From an uncultured candidate division Zixibacteria bacterium (GTDB lineage: Bacteria > Zixibacteria > MSB-5A5 > GN15 > FEB-12): a stretch of 64,000 nt of DNA. The stretch lies in contig CAVTJJ010000004.1 of assembly GCA_963735035.1 (NCBI GenBank), positions 1,312,001-1,376,000 on the forward strand, given 5' to 3'. Of this stretch, positions 49,482 to 59,456 are shown piece after piece. Both the position numbers and the translations under genes were made by a program. Each line of letters begins with the position of its first letter. Position 1 is the first letter of the stretch. The notes under the pieces were generated by a model that searched no databases, was not told the origin of the DNA, and saw nothing but the letters and a program-made list of their open reading frames with translations.

Positions 49482-50891
49482 ATGAACTCCCCTTTGAACC
49501 GCGCCGCGTGGGTTTTGCTATTAGTAATTCCTGTGTGCAGTCTACAAGCTCAGTCGATTGATACCCTCTGGACCAAAACGTACTGGTGTGGCAATTATGA
49601 TTCGGTGGGTAACGTGCAGGAGACTTCCGACCACGGCTTCATTATGACCACCGTGTCCGCCCTTCCCGGCCGTACCGATTTCGATATGACCCTCACGAAA
49701 ACTGATTCTATCGGAGTGGTTGAGTGGACTAAGTATCACGGCAGTACTTTGGGTGAAGGCGGATTTCACGTGTTTCAGACTTTCGACGGCGGTTATCTGG
49801 TCAGCGCCCAGAGCAAGCTAACCGGCAGCTCAGGCGGCGCGGGCGGAATCTGGGTTGTCAAGACCGATGCGGCCGGCGACACGGTGTGGACTTTCCCGTA
49901 CTGTCCCGATAATCGCGTTGGCTACGCCCTCCATGCGATCCAGCTCCCCGACAGCAGCTACGCTATCACCGGGTTTATCAACCGATCCGCCACTTTTGGC
50001 GATGCCTTTATCCTTCGTTTGGACAAGGACGGCAATTTCCTCGATTACGATGACTACGGCGACGGCTATACTCAGGAGGGGAAATATATCGCGCTCATGC
50101 CCGACAGCGGCTTCATTCTGGCCGGGACTTTCCGACATACCTATACGACCGAAGAAGACTGGTGGGTGGTCAGGACCGACAAGTATCTGAATACGCTCTG
50201 GGACTCGACCTACGTGCTGACTTCAGGGAACGATGAACTGGGCGGCGCCTGCATGACCGACGATGGTTTGGTGATGGTGGGCTGGACCATCACGATTGGT
50301 CACGTGCTCAAGATCGATTTCGACGGTCATACGATGTGGTCAAAAGAGTTTGCCAAGGGCCGTAATGAGGAGAAATACAACTCGATTGCTCGGACCAGCG
50401 ACGGTGGTTTCATAGTGGGCGGTCTGGCCAACGAACCAGGGTATCGCAGAGACTATATTTTCGTGAAATTTGATCCTGAAGGCGATACGCTCTGGACTTT
50501 CATGGTCGGAGGCGGGGATGACGACCACGGGCGGAGCGTGATCCAGACCTACGACGGCAACTTCGTCATGGCCGGAAAGAGCTCCTCGTGGGTCAACGGC
50601 ACCCTGACCTGGCTGGTCAAGATCGGCGCGCCGGACTGCTGTGTGGGAACAGTCGGCGACTCAAACGGCGACGGTAATCCTGTGCCGACCCTGGGTGACG
50701 CCGTCAGATTGGTTGATGCCGTGTTTATTAGTCTGAACGCTGACGAGTTGCTCTGTCTGACCGAGGCCGATGTCAACCAATCGGGGGGAGCACAGCCTGC
50801 GACGAACGACATTTCGCTGGGCGACATAATGGTTCTAGTTGACTATCTCTTTGTAACCGGCCCGACATTGATATTGAATGATTGTATGTAG
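49482..50891 (+). CDS. Exported repeat (beta-propeller-like) protein with C-terminal dockerin-like domain
   Basis: Repeats QTxDGGY/F..KTDxxGDTxW; C-terminus DCCVGTVGDSNG..LGDAVRLVD..EADVNQSGG..LGDIMVLVDYLF. Confidence 0.8.
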   Translation: MNSPLNRAAWVLLLVIPVCSLQAQSIDTLWTKTYWCGNYDSVGNVQETSDHGFIMTTVSALPGRTDFDMTLTKTDSIGVVEWTKYHGSTLGEGGFHVFQTFDGGYLVSAQSKLTGSSGGAGGIWVVKTDAAGDTVWTFPYCPDNRVGYALHAIQLPDSSYAITGFINRSATFGDAFILRLDKDGNFLDYDDYGDGYTQEGKYIALMPDSGFILAGTFRHTYTTEEDWWVVRTDKYLNTLWDSTYVLTSGNDELGGACMTDDGLVMVGWTITIGHVLKIDFDGHTMWSKEFAKGRNEEKYNSIARTSDGGFIVGGLANEPGYRRDYIFVKFDPEGDTLWTFMVGGGDDDHGRSVIQTYDGNFVMAGKSSSWVNGTLTWLVKIGAPDCCVGTVGDSNGDGNPVPTLGDAVRLVDAVFISLNADELLCLTEADVNQSGGAQPATNDISLGDIMVLVDYLFVTGPTLILNDCM

Positions 50892-51014
50892 AGTTGAGAT
50901 GTTCGAGTAGACCCTCGCTCTATCTTGCGCGCTACCGTGAGCCACTGGGCACGTTGGTCCCTAAAGGCACTCGGAACCCTAATATATTCGTCAGATGCCC
51001 TAAACCACCTATAC

Positions 51015-51055
51015 GTCACCCTGAGCCCTGAGCTTGTCGAAGGGTCGAAGGGTGA
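51015..51055 (+). repeat. Nested short palindromic element
   Basis: GTCACCCTGAG[CCCTGAGCTTGTCGAAGGG]TCGAAGGGTGA. Confidence 0.7.
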
Positions 51056-51129
51056 GGTAAGCTTCGGCAATGTCCTCGCCCCTCACAAAATGATTGCTCC
51101 GGTCTGAAAACAGCCCCTATCTTTCGCCC

Positions 51130-52341
51130 ATGCCCGAGCAGCCAAAAGCCTATACCGTAACCGCCCTTACGCGGATGATCAAAGCCTCCCTCGAAGAGCA
51201 ATTTCAAGGTGTTTGGGTTGAGGGAGAAATCTCGAACTACCACCTGCACTCGTCGGGTCACCGCTATATCACACTCAAGGACGAGAACGCCGTCATCAAA
51301 GTAGTAATGTGGCGCTCGGTGGGAGCCACGCTCAAGTTCGAACCCGAAGACGGCCAAAAAGTGCTCGTCTATGGTGACGTCACGGTGTACGAAAAAGGGG
51401 GACAGTACCAGCTTCAGTGTCGCAAAATGATCCCGTCCGGCATCGGCGCGCTCGAACTCGCTTTCCGGCAGCTACACGAGAAGCTCTCCGCCGAGGGCTT
51501 ATTCGACCCTGACCGAAAAGTGCCGCTGCCGCAGTATCCGACTCGAATCGGGATTGTCACATCGCCCACCGGTGCCGCTATTCGCGATATCATTCAGATT
51601 GCCCGCCGCAGGAATCCGTCGGTACAGTTGATAATCTACCCGGCCTCGGTACAGGGCGACACCGCCGCGCAGGAAATAGCCGCCGGTATAGCTTATTTCA
51701 ACACGCGCGAAGACATCGACGTTATCATCACCGGCCGGGGAGGTGGTTCGCTCGAAGACCTCTGGCCGTTTAACACCGAAATAGTAGTGCGGGCGGTGGC
51801 AGCATCGCAAATTCCGATCGTCTCGGCAGTTGGGCACGAAATCGACGTCACCCTCTCCGACTTGGCCGCCGATCTTCGCGCCCCGACTCCGTCGGCTGCC
51901 GCCGAATTGACCGTATGGTCCCGGCGGGAGTATCTGGATCAGGTGAATTCACTCGTTCGAGCGCAGGCGGCTCAACTCGCGACTTTGGTTGAATATGCCC
52001 GGCAGCAGCTTCGTAGTATCATAGGACGGCCAATTTTTCGCCGACCGGAAAATCTGGTCAACCAGCGCCGGCAGGAATTGGACAGTCTTGTCAGGTTCGC
52101 CGGAGTCGCCGGAAAAAACCTCTTTGAGAGGTTCCGAAACGGGCTATCTTTAGGGTTGTCCCGTTTGGACGGTTTGTCGCCGCTCAAGATACTAGCGCGC
52201 GGTTATTCGGTCAGTCGGCGCGAAAACGATCAAGGGCTGGTGCGGTCGTTTGAGGATATCGGCGAAGGTGACCGGTTGGAGACCATTTTGGTGGACGGTC
52301 GACTGGTTTCGGTGATCGAATCCACCCGTAAGGGACAATAG
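51130..52341 (+). CDS. xseA: Exodeoxyribonuclease VII large subunit
   Basis: VEGEISN..SGHRY, TSPTGAAIRD, GRGGGSLEDL, GHEID, APTPSAAAE. Confidence 0.96.
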   Translation: MPEQPKAYTVTALTRMIKASLEEQFQGVWVEGEISNYHLHSSGHRYITLKDENAVIKVVMWRSVGATLKFEPEDGQKVLVYGDVTVYEKGGQYQLQCRKMIPSGIGALELAFRQLHEKLSAEGLFDPDRKVPLPQYPTRIGIVTSPTGAAIRDIIQIARRRNPSVQLIIYPASVQGDTAAQEIAAGIAYFNTREDIDVIITGRGGGSLEDLWPFNTEIVVRAVAASQIPIVSAVGHEIDVTLSDLAADLRAPTPSAAAELTVWSRREYLDQVNSLVRAQAAQLATLVEYARQQLRSIIGRPIFRRPENLVNQRRQELDSLVRFAGVAGKNLFERFRNGLSLGLSRLDGLSPLKILARGYSVSRRENDQGLVRSFEDIGEGDRLETILVDGRLVSVIESTRKGQ

Positions 52342-52349
52342 GTGCAACT

Positions 52350-52589
52350 ATGACTACCCCGAAGAAATATAAAGACTATGAATCGGCCATGTCGCGGCTG
52401 GAAGAAATCACCGAGCAGCTCGAATCCGGGGCACCCAAACTCGAAGATGCCATCAAGCTGTACACCGAGGGACTTGAGATCGCCCGGTTCTGCAACGAGA
52501 AGTTAAATGAAGCCGACGCCAAGATCAAAGTCATCGCCGAACAGAGCGGGCGACTTGAGGAAGAAGAATTCGACGAAGGAGAGCAGTAG
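52350..52589 (+). CDS. xseB: Exodeoxyribonuclease VII small subunit
   Basis: YESAMSRLEEI..LESG..LEDAIKLYTEG. Confidence 0.93.
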   Translation: MTTPKKYKDYESAMSRLEEITEQLESGAPKLEDAIKLYTEGLEIARFCNEKLNEADAKIKVIAEQSGRLEEEEFDEGEQ

Positions 52590-52591
52590 CT

Positions 52592-53479
52592 TTGCCGCCC
52601 ATGACCCGCGTTGACGGTCGCAAGTACACCACGGAGGTCAAAGACCTCACCGACCAGCTTCTGGAACGATATCTCCCCTCGGAAGAGATCGAGCCCAGGA
52701 CGCTTCATAAGGCGATGCGGTATTCGGTGATGGCCGGCGGTAAACGTCTCAGACCGATTCTGACTCTGTCGGCCTACGAATATTGTGGTGGCGCCCCCGA
52801 TCGCGCCGAGGCTACGGTATACAAGGCGATGGCGGCGCTCGAAATGGTGCACACTTACTCGCTCATCCATGACGATCTGCCGTGCATGGACGATGATGAT
52901 CTTCGGCGCGGTCGCCCAACCTGCCACAAGATGTTCGGCGAGGCGGTTGCTACTCTGGCCGGTGATGCCCTTCATGTAGTGGCGTTCGAGTTGCTCGCTG
53001 AGACAGGCTCTGTCGACGTCGTCAAGGAGCTGGCTCTTGCCGGTGGGACCGCCGGCATGCTGGGCGGGCAGATGGCCGACATGGAAGCGGAAAACCGGCG
53101 GATTACTCAGCCGGAGATTGAAAATATCCATCGTCTCAAGACCGCCGCGCTCATTCGCGGCTCGGTTCGAATCGGGGCGATGCTGGCTCAGGCCGACCCT
53201 GACCTTCTTAGGCGACTGAGTGTTTACGGCGAGAAGATCGGACTCGCCTTTCAGATCATCGATGATATCCTTGATATCGAAGGCGACCCGGAGATCCTGG
53301 GAAAGAAAGTCGGCTCCGACACCCGCAACAAGAAAGCCACTTACCCCGGTGTGGTCGGTCTTGAAGTCGCCCGCAAAGACGCCACGCGTTTGATCGATGA
53401 GGCCCTGGCCTGTTTCGGTGCGGACGAAGACAACATTCTTATGTGGCTGGCTCGTTATATCGGCCAGCGGGACAACTGA
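52592..53479 (+). CDS. ispA: Farnesyl/geranylgeranyl diphosphate synthase
   Basis: GGKRLRP, LIHDDLPCMD..RRG, FQIIDDILD. Confidence 0.9.
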   Translation: MPPMTRVDGRKYTTEVKDLTDQLLERYLPSEEIEPRTLHKAMRYSVMAGGKRLRPILTLSAYEYCGGAPDRAEATVYKAMAALEMVHTYSLIHDDLPCMDDDDLRRGRPTCHKMFGEAVATLAGDALHVVAFELLAETGSVDVVKELALAGGTAGMLGGQMADMEAENRRITQPEIENIHRLKTAALIRGSVRIGAMLAQADPDLLRRLSVYGEKIGLAFQIIDDILDIEGDPEILGKKVGSDTRNKKATYPGVVGLEVARKDATRLIDEALACFGADEDNILMWLARYIGQRDN

Positions 53480-53492
53480 TTCAGGATAAGCC

Positions 53493-55480
53493 GTGAAACA
53501 CCTCGGACGCATAAACAGTCCCCGCGACGTCAAGAGCCTTTCTCAGGCCGAGCTCATCGAGCTCGCCGAGGAAGTGCGCCAGACGATCGTGAGCGCGGTC
53601 TCGGAGACCGGCGGGCATCTCGCGTCCAACCTGGGCGCGGTCGAACTGACGATTGCGCTTCATTACGTGTTCGACACCCCGAACGACAAGATTGTCTGGG
53701 ATGTTAGTCATCAAACGTACGGTCACAAGATTCTGACCGGACGACGCGATCAGATAAGTACGCTACGTCAGTACGGCGGCCTGTCCGGTTTCCTGCGCCG
53801 CGACGAATCGGAGTACGACGTCTTTGGCGCGGGTCACGCATCGACTTCGATTTCCGCCGCTCTTGGCTTTGCCGTGGCCCGCGATCTGAGAGGGGAGAAG
53901 CACAAGGTGGTCGCTGTCATCGGCGACGGCGCCATGACCGGCGGGCTGGCTTTCGAGGGTCTGAACAACGCCGGTTCGCTCAAGAAGGACTTGCTCGTTA
54001 TTCTGAACGACAACACCTGGTCGATTTCGAAAAATGTCGGCGCCATCTCGAAGTATCTGACCAGCATCATGGCCGACGAAAAATTCAACAAACTTCGCAA
54101 CGAAATCTGGGAGCTGACCGGACGGTTCAAACGCCGCGATGTATCCGCGAGACGATCCACCGGATCGAAAACTCGATCAAGGGCTTTCTCGTGCCGGGGA
54201 TGCTGTTCGAGAAACTCGGCTTTCAGATATTTCGGACCGATCGATGGCCACGACCTGTCCGCTCTTGATCAAGACGCTCAAGAGATCAGCAGTTATCACG
54301 GGCCCGATCATGCTTCACGTGGCCACCGTGAAAGGGAAAGGGTATGCCCGGCCGAGGACGACGCGTTGAGATATCACGGCGTCGGCAAGTTCGACAAGAC
54401 CACCGGGAAGCGACTCCAAAGGGACTGCGCGGCCTGCCAGCCTACACCGAATGTTTTCGGCCACACCATGGTCGAGTTGGCCGAAAAGAACGACCGGGTG
54501 ATCGCCATCACCGCGGCCATGTGCCCGGAACCGGTCTGGTGAATTCGCGGAGAAGTATCCCGATCGGTTTTTTGATGTCGGCATCGCCGAAGGACATGCC
54601 GGGACGTTTGCGGCGGGACTGGCCGCCGAGGGCATCAACCGTATTCTGGCGATCTATTCGACCTTCCTGCAACGAGCCTACGATCAGATCATTCACGATA
54701 TCGCGCTTCAGAACCTGCCGGTTGTGATGTGCCTGGATCGGGCCGGTCTGGTCGGCAACGACGGGCCCACTCATCATGGCGTGTTTCGACCTGGCCTATT
54801 CTGTCGTCCGTGCCGAATCTCACGTGTGGCTGCGCCCGAAAGACGGCAACGAACTCCGTGCGATGATGCACTACTCTTCCGATCATCCCGTGAATGGCGT
54901 GGTAGCCATCCGTTATCCGAGAGACACAGTATCTTCACCCATGACCAAACCTGTGCAATCAATCGAATGGGGTACCTGGGAGTGGCTGACCGAGCCGGGC
55001 GAAATAGTTGTACTGGCGGTCGGAACGATGGTTGCCGAAGCCCTGAAGGCGGCCGAGACGCTCAAAGCCAAGGGCATGCACGTGGCGGTCATCAACGCCC
55101 GATTTGTGAAGCCGCTCGACGAAATCACGCTCGGACGAGTTTTGCGCGAGGCTCGCCTTGTATTGACCGCCGAAGAGGGAACGATACGCGGTGGCTTCGG
55201 ACAGGCTATCGCCGAGTATCTCTTGTCCAGACACTATGAAGGCAAATTCGGTGTGATCGGTCTGCCCGACCGGTTCATCACTCACGGTACGCGCAAAGAG
55301 CTGCTTAAAGAAATCGCGCTAGAAGCTGACAGTATCGCATCCGCCATAGAGCAGCTTCGATCTCTGCCCGAGAAACCGGCAGATGGAATCGTGAAGAGTT
55401 TTGTTCTCCGTCGCAACGGCGAGACTAAGACCGAGATTGAAAATAGTCGGGTCAGCATGACCGGCACCGACAAGGAGTAA
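53493..55480 (+). CDS. dxs: 1-deoxy-D-xylulose-5-phosphate synthase, multiple frameshifts
   Basis: [66 protein letters not shown] in successive frames. Confidence 0.92.
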
Positions 55481-55488
55481 TCCCCGCG

Positions 55489-56349
55489 ATGCGGTTCGGC
55501 TTGATGGCAAATCTTCACCGTCCGGGTGCCGTGGACGCAATCAGCGCGTTTGTCCAATGGGCGCACGACAACGGTCACGATCTGCTTCTGGCCGATAACC
55601 TTCGCGAGATTGTCCCCCAGCATGGGGAATCCGTACTGATAGACTTGCTGGCCGAGAGGGTAGAGGTGCTGGTTTCGATGGGCGGTGACGGCACCCTGCT
55701 GTCGGCGGCTCGGGCCGTAGGGCCTCACAGTACGCCCATACTCGGTATAAATCTGGGTTCGCTGGGTTTTCTCACTCAACAGACGCCGCGTGAACTGGTC
55801 CCGGCCCTTAATGCTATTGTTGCCGGCCAATACAAAATCGAAGAGCGGATTCTGCTGAAGGCTACTATAGAGGGACGGCCTCCGCTGCCGATGCCTTACG
55901 CATTGAATGAGATTGTCCTCGATCACGGTGGCACCACGCGTGTTTTGAAGATCAATCTCAAGATCAACGACGAAGCCGTCGTAACTTACATGGCGGACGG
56001 TTTGATCATCGCCACCCCGACCGGCTCGACTGCTTACAATCTGGCGGTGGGCGGACCGATTGTTTGTCCCGACATGGATGCCATGATAGCGTCGCCGATT
56101 GCGGCCTTCTCGCTGACGACCCGCCCGATGATTATCAACGGTCGCGACAAACTCGAACTCTCGATAGGTACCGAAGGCCGCCAGGCGCAGTTGACGCTCG
56201 ACGGACAGGTAGAAATACAGGTCAACGAATCCGAGCGGGTGCTGGTCCAGAAGGCGGATTTCACGGCCCGCTTCATTATATTCCCCGAGAATTCGTTTTA
56301 CAAACTTCTCCGCACGAAACTCCACTGGGGCGTCTCCCCCTACGCATAG
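55489..56349 (+). CDS. nadK: NAD kinase
   Basis: GGDGT, GSLGFL, LNE, DGLIIATPTGSTAY. Confidence 0.95.
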   Translation: MRFGLMANLHRPGAVDAISAFVQWAHDNGHDLLLADNLREIVPQHGESVLIDLLAERVEVLVSMGGDGTLLSAARAVGPHSTPILGINLGSLGFLTQQTPRELVPALNAIVAGQYKIEERILLKATIEGRPPLPMPYALNEIVLDHGGTTRVLKINLKINDEAVVTYMADGLIIATPTGSTAYNLAVGGPIVCPDMDAMIASPIAAFSLTTRPMIINGRDKLELSIGTEGRQAQLTLDGQVEIQVNESERVLVQKADFTARFIIFPENSFYKLLRTKLHWGVSPYA

Positions 56350-56366
56350 GGGGAATGTCGAGTCAA

Positions 56367-56810
56367 TCACGTGCCCGGTCCGCCACGGCGGATCCACATC
56401 TGCCGACTCGTACAATTTCCTCGAACATCAGGGTGGCCCACCCGCTTGTCGGGTGGGGGGAATGTTGTTTGATCGCCTCAAACTCGGTTGCGTCAGGTCC
56501 TGCCGACTCGCCTCGGGCGAGGCGGTGTGACCTGACGCCGACAGTGAGACCCATTCTGTTCACGTGCCCGGCAGATGTCCGCATCTGCCGACTGACAAAA
56601 CAAACGTCTTGCCCCGGTTAAGCCGGAGCACCCAGGGGTGAACATGTTTACCCAAAAACCGCTTGCCCGTCACGCGTTGTAGCGGTAATCTTGTAGACTT
56701 GTAGGTCGAAACCAGGCCGCTTCGGACGCCTGCCCGCCGTGGCGGGGTTTCGACACTAGTAGGTCGGGTTCACGAGACGTGAGCGTAGCGAGCGTCGAGC
56801 AACCCGACAC
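56367..56810. repeat. Cluster of REP-like palindromes
   Basis: Direct-repeat pair at 56367-56408 and 56560-56593; inverted repeat 56490-56538; two GTAG-headed hairpins at 56701-56756 and 56759-56810. Confidence 0.7.
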
Positions 56811-56820
56811 TGTCTGACAA

Positions 56821-56896
56821 GCGGGAGTAACTCAGTTGGTAGAGTCACAGCCTTCCAAGCTGTTGGTCGCGAGTTCGAGCCTCGTCTCCCGCTCCA
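56821..56896 (+). tRNA. tRNA-Gly(TCC)
   Basis: GCGGGAG..ACAGC-CTTCCAA-GCTGT..GTTCGAG..CTCCCGC-T-CCA. Confidence 0.97.
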
Positions 56897-56948
56897 TATC
56901 TTAGAATAGTGAAGTCTAGTTAGGGGGGGTCCGCTTCGAACCCGCCAA

Positions 56949-57875
56949 TCAGTCTTGCTGTGATCGCAAATCGTCCATATAAGCGAACCACTTCTGTTGT
57001 AGCTCAGCGGAAGTCCACCCAGTTTCCTTTTCGATAGCCTCCTCGACAGTCATCTTGCCGAGCAATGCACATATGTTAGTCAGAGCGTCCGGTCGTCCGG
57101 ATGACTTCACAAGCTGCACGAGCGCCCGACATTCTTCTATGCCGCCGAACGATAAGACGTTGGCTGTGACTGTATCCATTTGATCCAACGCGATGTATTT
57201 CCCGTCGGGAAAGGACTTCTGGAGATCCAGCGACAGGGGATCCCGAGTAAGTTCTTCCTCCTCCGCAATAGCCTCGCAAAAAATATATAGGGACTTCAAA
57301 TGAGTACTCAGCTTCTCGTCGGTGCGCGGGTCGATTTCTCCGCTCACCAGCCAAAGGATAAGGTGACACAACTCGTGCGTGAATACCACAGAAGAGGCCG
57401 CCGAATCCGGCGAAAAACGCCCTGCGTCGATGAAGATGTGATTTGGATAGCGCAGGCTGGGACCTACCATTATGCCACCGCTGTTGCCTTTGACAAACGA
57501 CTGGTACTGGTAGTGATTTAGATAGTATATGATGGGCCGATACCTGGTCATTTCAAATCCGAAGTCTTTGGACGTACGTTCGTAGCCGTCCTCAGCCCAC
57601 TGAACCACCTTTGACTGTGATGAATCGAGCTCATTACTAATTGTCAGATCGCAGTGTTCGGTTGCAATCTGAGTGACGTTCAGGACGTCGGTGTCAAGGT
57701 CCTTGATCTGCTGCTCAAGCACCCGGTAGTGGTAAGTGCGACCGCCGGCTGTGAATTGACGTTGGGTTCCACCTTGACCAGAACAGCTCAGGTGTAAAGC
57801 TGCAACCAACGTCGCGAGCACGACCGCCGCCATTAGTAGTTCACGCCCGAGGCCATTTGATCGGTGGCCGGTCAA
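56949..57875 (-). CDS. Putative lipoprotein with gluzincin-like motif
   Basis: Hydrophobic leader + LSC; HELCH followed by EAIAE. Confidence 0.65.
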   Translation of the reverse strand: MTGHRSNGLGRELLMAAVVLATLVAALHLSCSGQGGTQRQFTAGGRTYHYRVLEQQIKDLDTDVLNVTQIATEHCDLTISNELDSSQSKVVQWAEDGYERTSKDFGFEMTRYRPIIYYLNHYQYQSFVKGNSGGIMVGPSLRYPNHIFIDAGRFSPDSAASSVVFTHELCHLILWLVSGEIDPRTDEKLSTHLKSLYIFCEAIAEEEELTRDPLSLDLQKSFPDGKYIALDQMDTVTANVLSFGGIEECRALVQLVKSSGRPDALTNICALLGKMTVEEAIEKETGWTSAELQQKWFAYMDDLRSQQD

Positions 57876-59032
57876 TGCGTACCCGCTTTACCAGGGCTTT
57901 GTACGGTGGGCGCCATCTTAGCAATGTACTCGGTGGATTGCTGATTCACCCTGCTGAGGACCGCGAACGGCGGTTCGCCGTACAAGTTAACAAATAGGCG
58001 GCGGAAATCGTCCGCCGTGTGGGACCCCTTGTATAGAGTGGCAAATCGATTCGCGGAATCGCATCGGATCATGTCACTTACCAACGCAGCGGCTGTGGTC
58101 TGTTCCATCCGGCCAAGACTATAACGCAGGGGAGAATCGCTCTTGTCCAGATTCAAGAGAAGATCGAGCGTGTCAGGTGTCAGGCGGGACAGGTACTTCG
58201 AGTAATTGGCATATAAGCTCAAGGTCGCTCGCGTGGTTCCTTCCAGCAGTATACGATTCGTCTCGCCGTACCCGCACAAACCCAGCCGGAGGAATTCAAT
58301 CGGGTCGGATTGTTTCAACAAAATCGTGTAGGCTACTTCGGAAAAATCATTGGATCGTGTCGTGATAACACATGATCCGATTTGGCTTCGAAACGCGTTC
58401 TTGCTACCCGAGAGAAGGCTCACGACCCCGGTGTCGGGGCAGAGGTAGTAATCGATCGGCTGCGTCAAGTCGAGGTCGGTCAGTCGTAGCAGATGCGCCA
58501 TAAATTGCTCGTAAGGCAGCGTATCCAAGAGAGCATTTTGGCTGCCTTCAACGGCGAACAAATCGTCCACGGCTGGTGAGACGTGAAACGTGAAATGGGC
58601 GGACTTGAGGATCGGCCAGTCGGAAGCAAACAGGAGAAACGGATATTGGAAGAGATACTTGTCATGCTGCTTGACCAGGTAGTAGAAACGAGCCTCCTGC
58701 ACGCCGCGTGATTCAACTAAGACCTGCAGCCTTGTGTACTCTTGAAACTGGTTGGCCTTGATCAGGCGGCAAGTCGTGCTCTTGAGCGAAAGCGAGTCTT
58801 TCGCCAGAAGCTCGAGAAACGGCGCAGATTCGGCCGTCCACAGTGCCCTGGCAGCCGCCTCGTCGCCCGACTTAGCTGCTGTAACATAGGCGTCCCAAAC
58901 GGCTTGCACATCGCTTGGAATGCCATCATGTGAGCAAGCGCATAGCCCCAGAGCTATCGCTAATGCTACACCAGCCAGAATTTGGCCCAGTTTGGGGAAC
59001 GGGCGATCAGACCCCGAGTTCTTAGAACGCAT
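57872..59032 (-). CDS. Hypothetical lipoprotein
   Basis: Leader ending LCAC; ATGA overlap with the next gene. Confidence 0.65.
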   Translation of the reverse strand: MRSKNSGSDRPFPKLGQILAGVALAIALGLCACSHDGIPSDVQAVWDAYVTAAKSGDEAAARALWTAESAPFLELLAKDSLSLKSTTCRLIKANQFQEYTRLQVLVESRGVQEARFYYLVKQHDKYLFQYPFLLFASDWPILKSAHFTFHVSPAVDDLFAVEGSQNALLDTLPYEQFMAHLLRLTDLDLTQPIDYYLCPDTGVVSLLSGSKNAFRSQIGSCVITTRSNDFSEVAYTILLKQSDPIEFLRLGLCGYGETNRILLEGTTRATLSLYANYSKYLSRLTPDTLDLLLNLDKSDSPLRYSLGRMEQTTAAALVSDMIRCDSANRFATLYKGSHTADDFRRLFVNLYGEPPFAVLSRVNQQSTEYIAKMAPTVQSPGKAGTH

Positions 59033-59231
59033 AGGTTTAGGATACTTCCTGTAGTTGATCGTTGTCAAGAGAAGACCGAATTTATTCCGCAAAACGTTGT
59101 GCAATGGCGGGTTCGCCCGCCCCGGCTGGGGAACCGCCCCTACTAAACTAGGCCCCAAACCACCCCAAACACCCCGCCTAACTTCCGTTCGGGCAAACCC
59201 TTAGAAAGCTCAATTCAACCCTAAAAAGGCC

Positions 59232-59259
59232 TTGACAGCCGAATCCACGTCTCTATATT
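59232..59259 (+). promoter_or_regulatory. sigma70 promoter of the tRNA-Thr/tuf operon
   Basis: TTGACA-N16-TATATT. Confidence 0.65.
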
Positions 59260-59337
59260 TGGGGTTCCCCGCCGGACGGGTACGCCTGTCTGTATGGGTT
59301 TTATTGGGTCGCACCAAGAATGCAGACTTTTTGAGCA

Positions 59338-59410
59338 GCCCAGATAGCTCAGTTGGTAGAGCACATCCTTGGTAAGGATGAGGTCACCAGTTCGATCCTG
59401 GTTCTGGGCT
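59338..59410 (+). tRNA. tRNA-Thr(GGT), CCA not encoded
   Basis: GCCCAGA..CATCC-TTGGTAA-GGATG..GTTCGATC..TCTGGGC-T. Confidence 0.97.
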
Positions 59411-59456
59411 TTTGTGTGGATAAGAAATGTCGGTGTGATAAAGGAGAGCCTCTGGT

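Noticed and set aside
50843..51107. Small ORFs between the dockerin-like protein and xseA
   Set aside because: Their peptides derive from the palindromic repeat; no RBS or motif support
53493..55480. dxs as a true pseudogene
   Set aside because: All motifs retained and only indels clustered in one patch; treated as a consensus artefact
56350..56820. CRISPR array, or the 56064-56621 and 56363-56584 ORFs
   Set aside because: No constant repeat with regular spacers and no cas genes; the ORFs are read-throughs of GC-rich palindromes
56897..59337. Integrase-type island or prophage at tRNA-Gly
   Set aside because: No integrase, phage genes or duplicated tRNA 3' end seen
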